From Octopus sinensis (Eukaryota), in NCBI RefSeq assembly GCF_006345805.1, contig NW_021824741.1:1-17860 (forward strand): a stretch of DNA of 17,860 nt. Direction: 5' to 3'. The position numbers were made by a program, and so were the translations under genes. Of this stretch, positions 17,308-17,860 are shown piece by piece; the first letter of the stretch is position 1, and each line of letters starts with the position of its first letter. The notes beneath the pieces were generated by a model. The model ran no database searches and was not told the DNA's origin. It was given only the letters and a program-made list of their open reading frames with translations.

Positions 17308-17363
17308 GCTAGCTAGCTAGCTAGTAGCTAGCTAGCTATCTATCTATCTATCTGTCTATCTAT
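17047..17363. repeat. (TCTA)n tetranucleotide repeat with (TCCA) and (TAGC) blocks
   Basis: Direct reading. Confidence 0.96.
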
Positions 17364-17574
17364 CACTGTATAGCCATAGATTTATCTCTTTGTTGCGTCT
17401 TTGCCCTTCCCCTCGGGTTACCGAATAGCTTTCTTATGCACGTCTCTCTGTCTGTCGGTTTTTCTCTTGTGTTCTTACACGCACAGATACAATCCTGCTT
17501 TTCTGGCCAGTATAAGAAATGTCCCATGACCATTCTCATCGCTAATACTTCAGCAAGATGTTTTTTTTTAACTT

Positions 17575-17860
17575 ATTGGGCGTGGCTGTGTGTTGAAGTT
17601 TTTTCCCAACCACATGGTTCCGGGTTCAGTCCCAGTGCATGGCACCTTGGGCAAGTGTTTTCTACTATAGCCTCCAACCGGCCAAAGCCTTGTGAGTAGA
17701 TTTGGTAGACGGAAACTGAAAAGATGTGAGTGTCTACATAAACACATACATACGTGTGTGTGTGTGCGTATCTTTGCGTCTGTGTTTGCTCCCACTACTT
17801 CGTGACAAGCGGTGGTTGGTGTGTTTACGTCCTCGTAACTTAGCAGTTCGGCAAAAGTGA
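17575..17860 (+). mobile_element. OR1-like CORE-type SINE running off the window end
   Basis: aaccacatggttccgggttcagtcccagtgcatggcaccttgggcaagtg...gatttggtagacggaaactgaaa...gtgtttacgtcctcgtaacttagcagttcggcaaaag. Confidence 0.87.

Noticed and set aside
16944-17312. 122-aa ORF MQNAMQGSSTF...
   Set aside because: Most of it is (TCTA)n. The unique 35 codons have no recognisable homology, and the upstream sequence is A-rich rather than a pyrimidine tract.

Overview
Repeat-dense, essentially non-coding eukaryotic DNA. From my recollection of the repeat families it is very probably an intronic or intergenic region of an octopod cephalopod (Octopus) genome; this was not checked against a database. 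I find no intact protein-coding gene. Almost all ORFs in the track are read-throughs of microsatellites, purine-rich low-complexity tracts or SINEs. Contents: (i) many tRNA-derived SINEs from two main families, an OR1-like CORE-type family and a second family with the body 'gagttcaaattccgccgaggtcgactttgcctttcatcctttcggggtcgataaa' that carries two alternative tails, here called tail A and tail B; (ii) a ~1.65 kb tandem array of 184-bp SINE-derived units (7595-9250); (iii) two decayed LINE ORF2 fragments (RTE-type at 12937-13259, I/Jockey-like at 2822-3030); (iv) a ~370-bp non-autonomous Helitron-like element with A|TC...CTAG|T ends; (v) several foldback elements, including a ~220-bp near-perfect palindrome; (vi) extensive microsatellites. 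The most system-like observation is a modular SINE architecture, head-(body+tailA)n-body-tailB, present with n=8, n=1 and n=0 and sharing the same junction at separate loci. There is also a weak candidate promoter plus small exon near 1643-1971. I do not see evidence for a new protein-based system.
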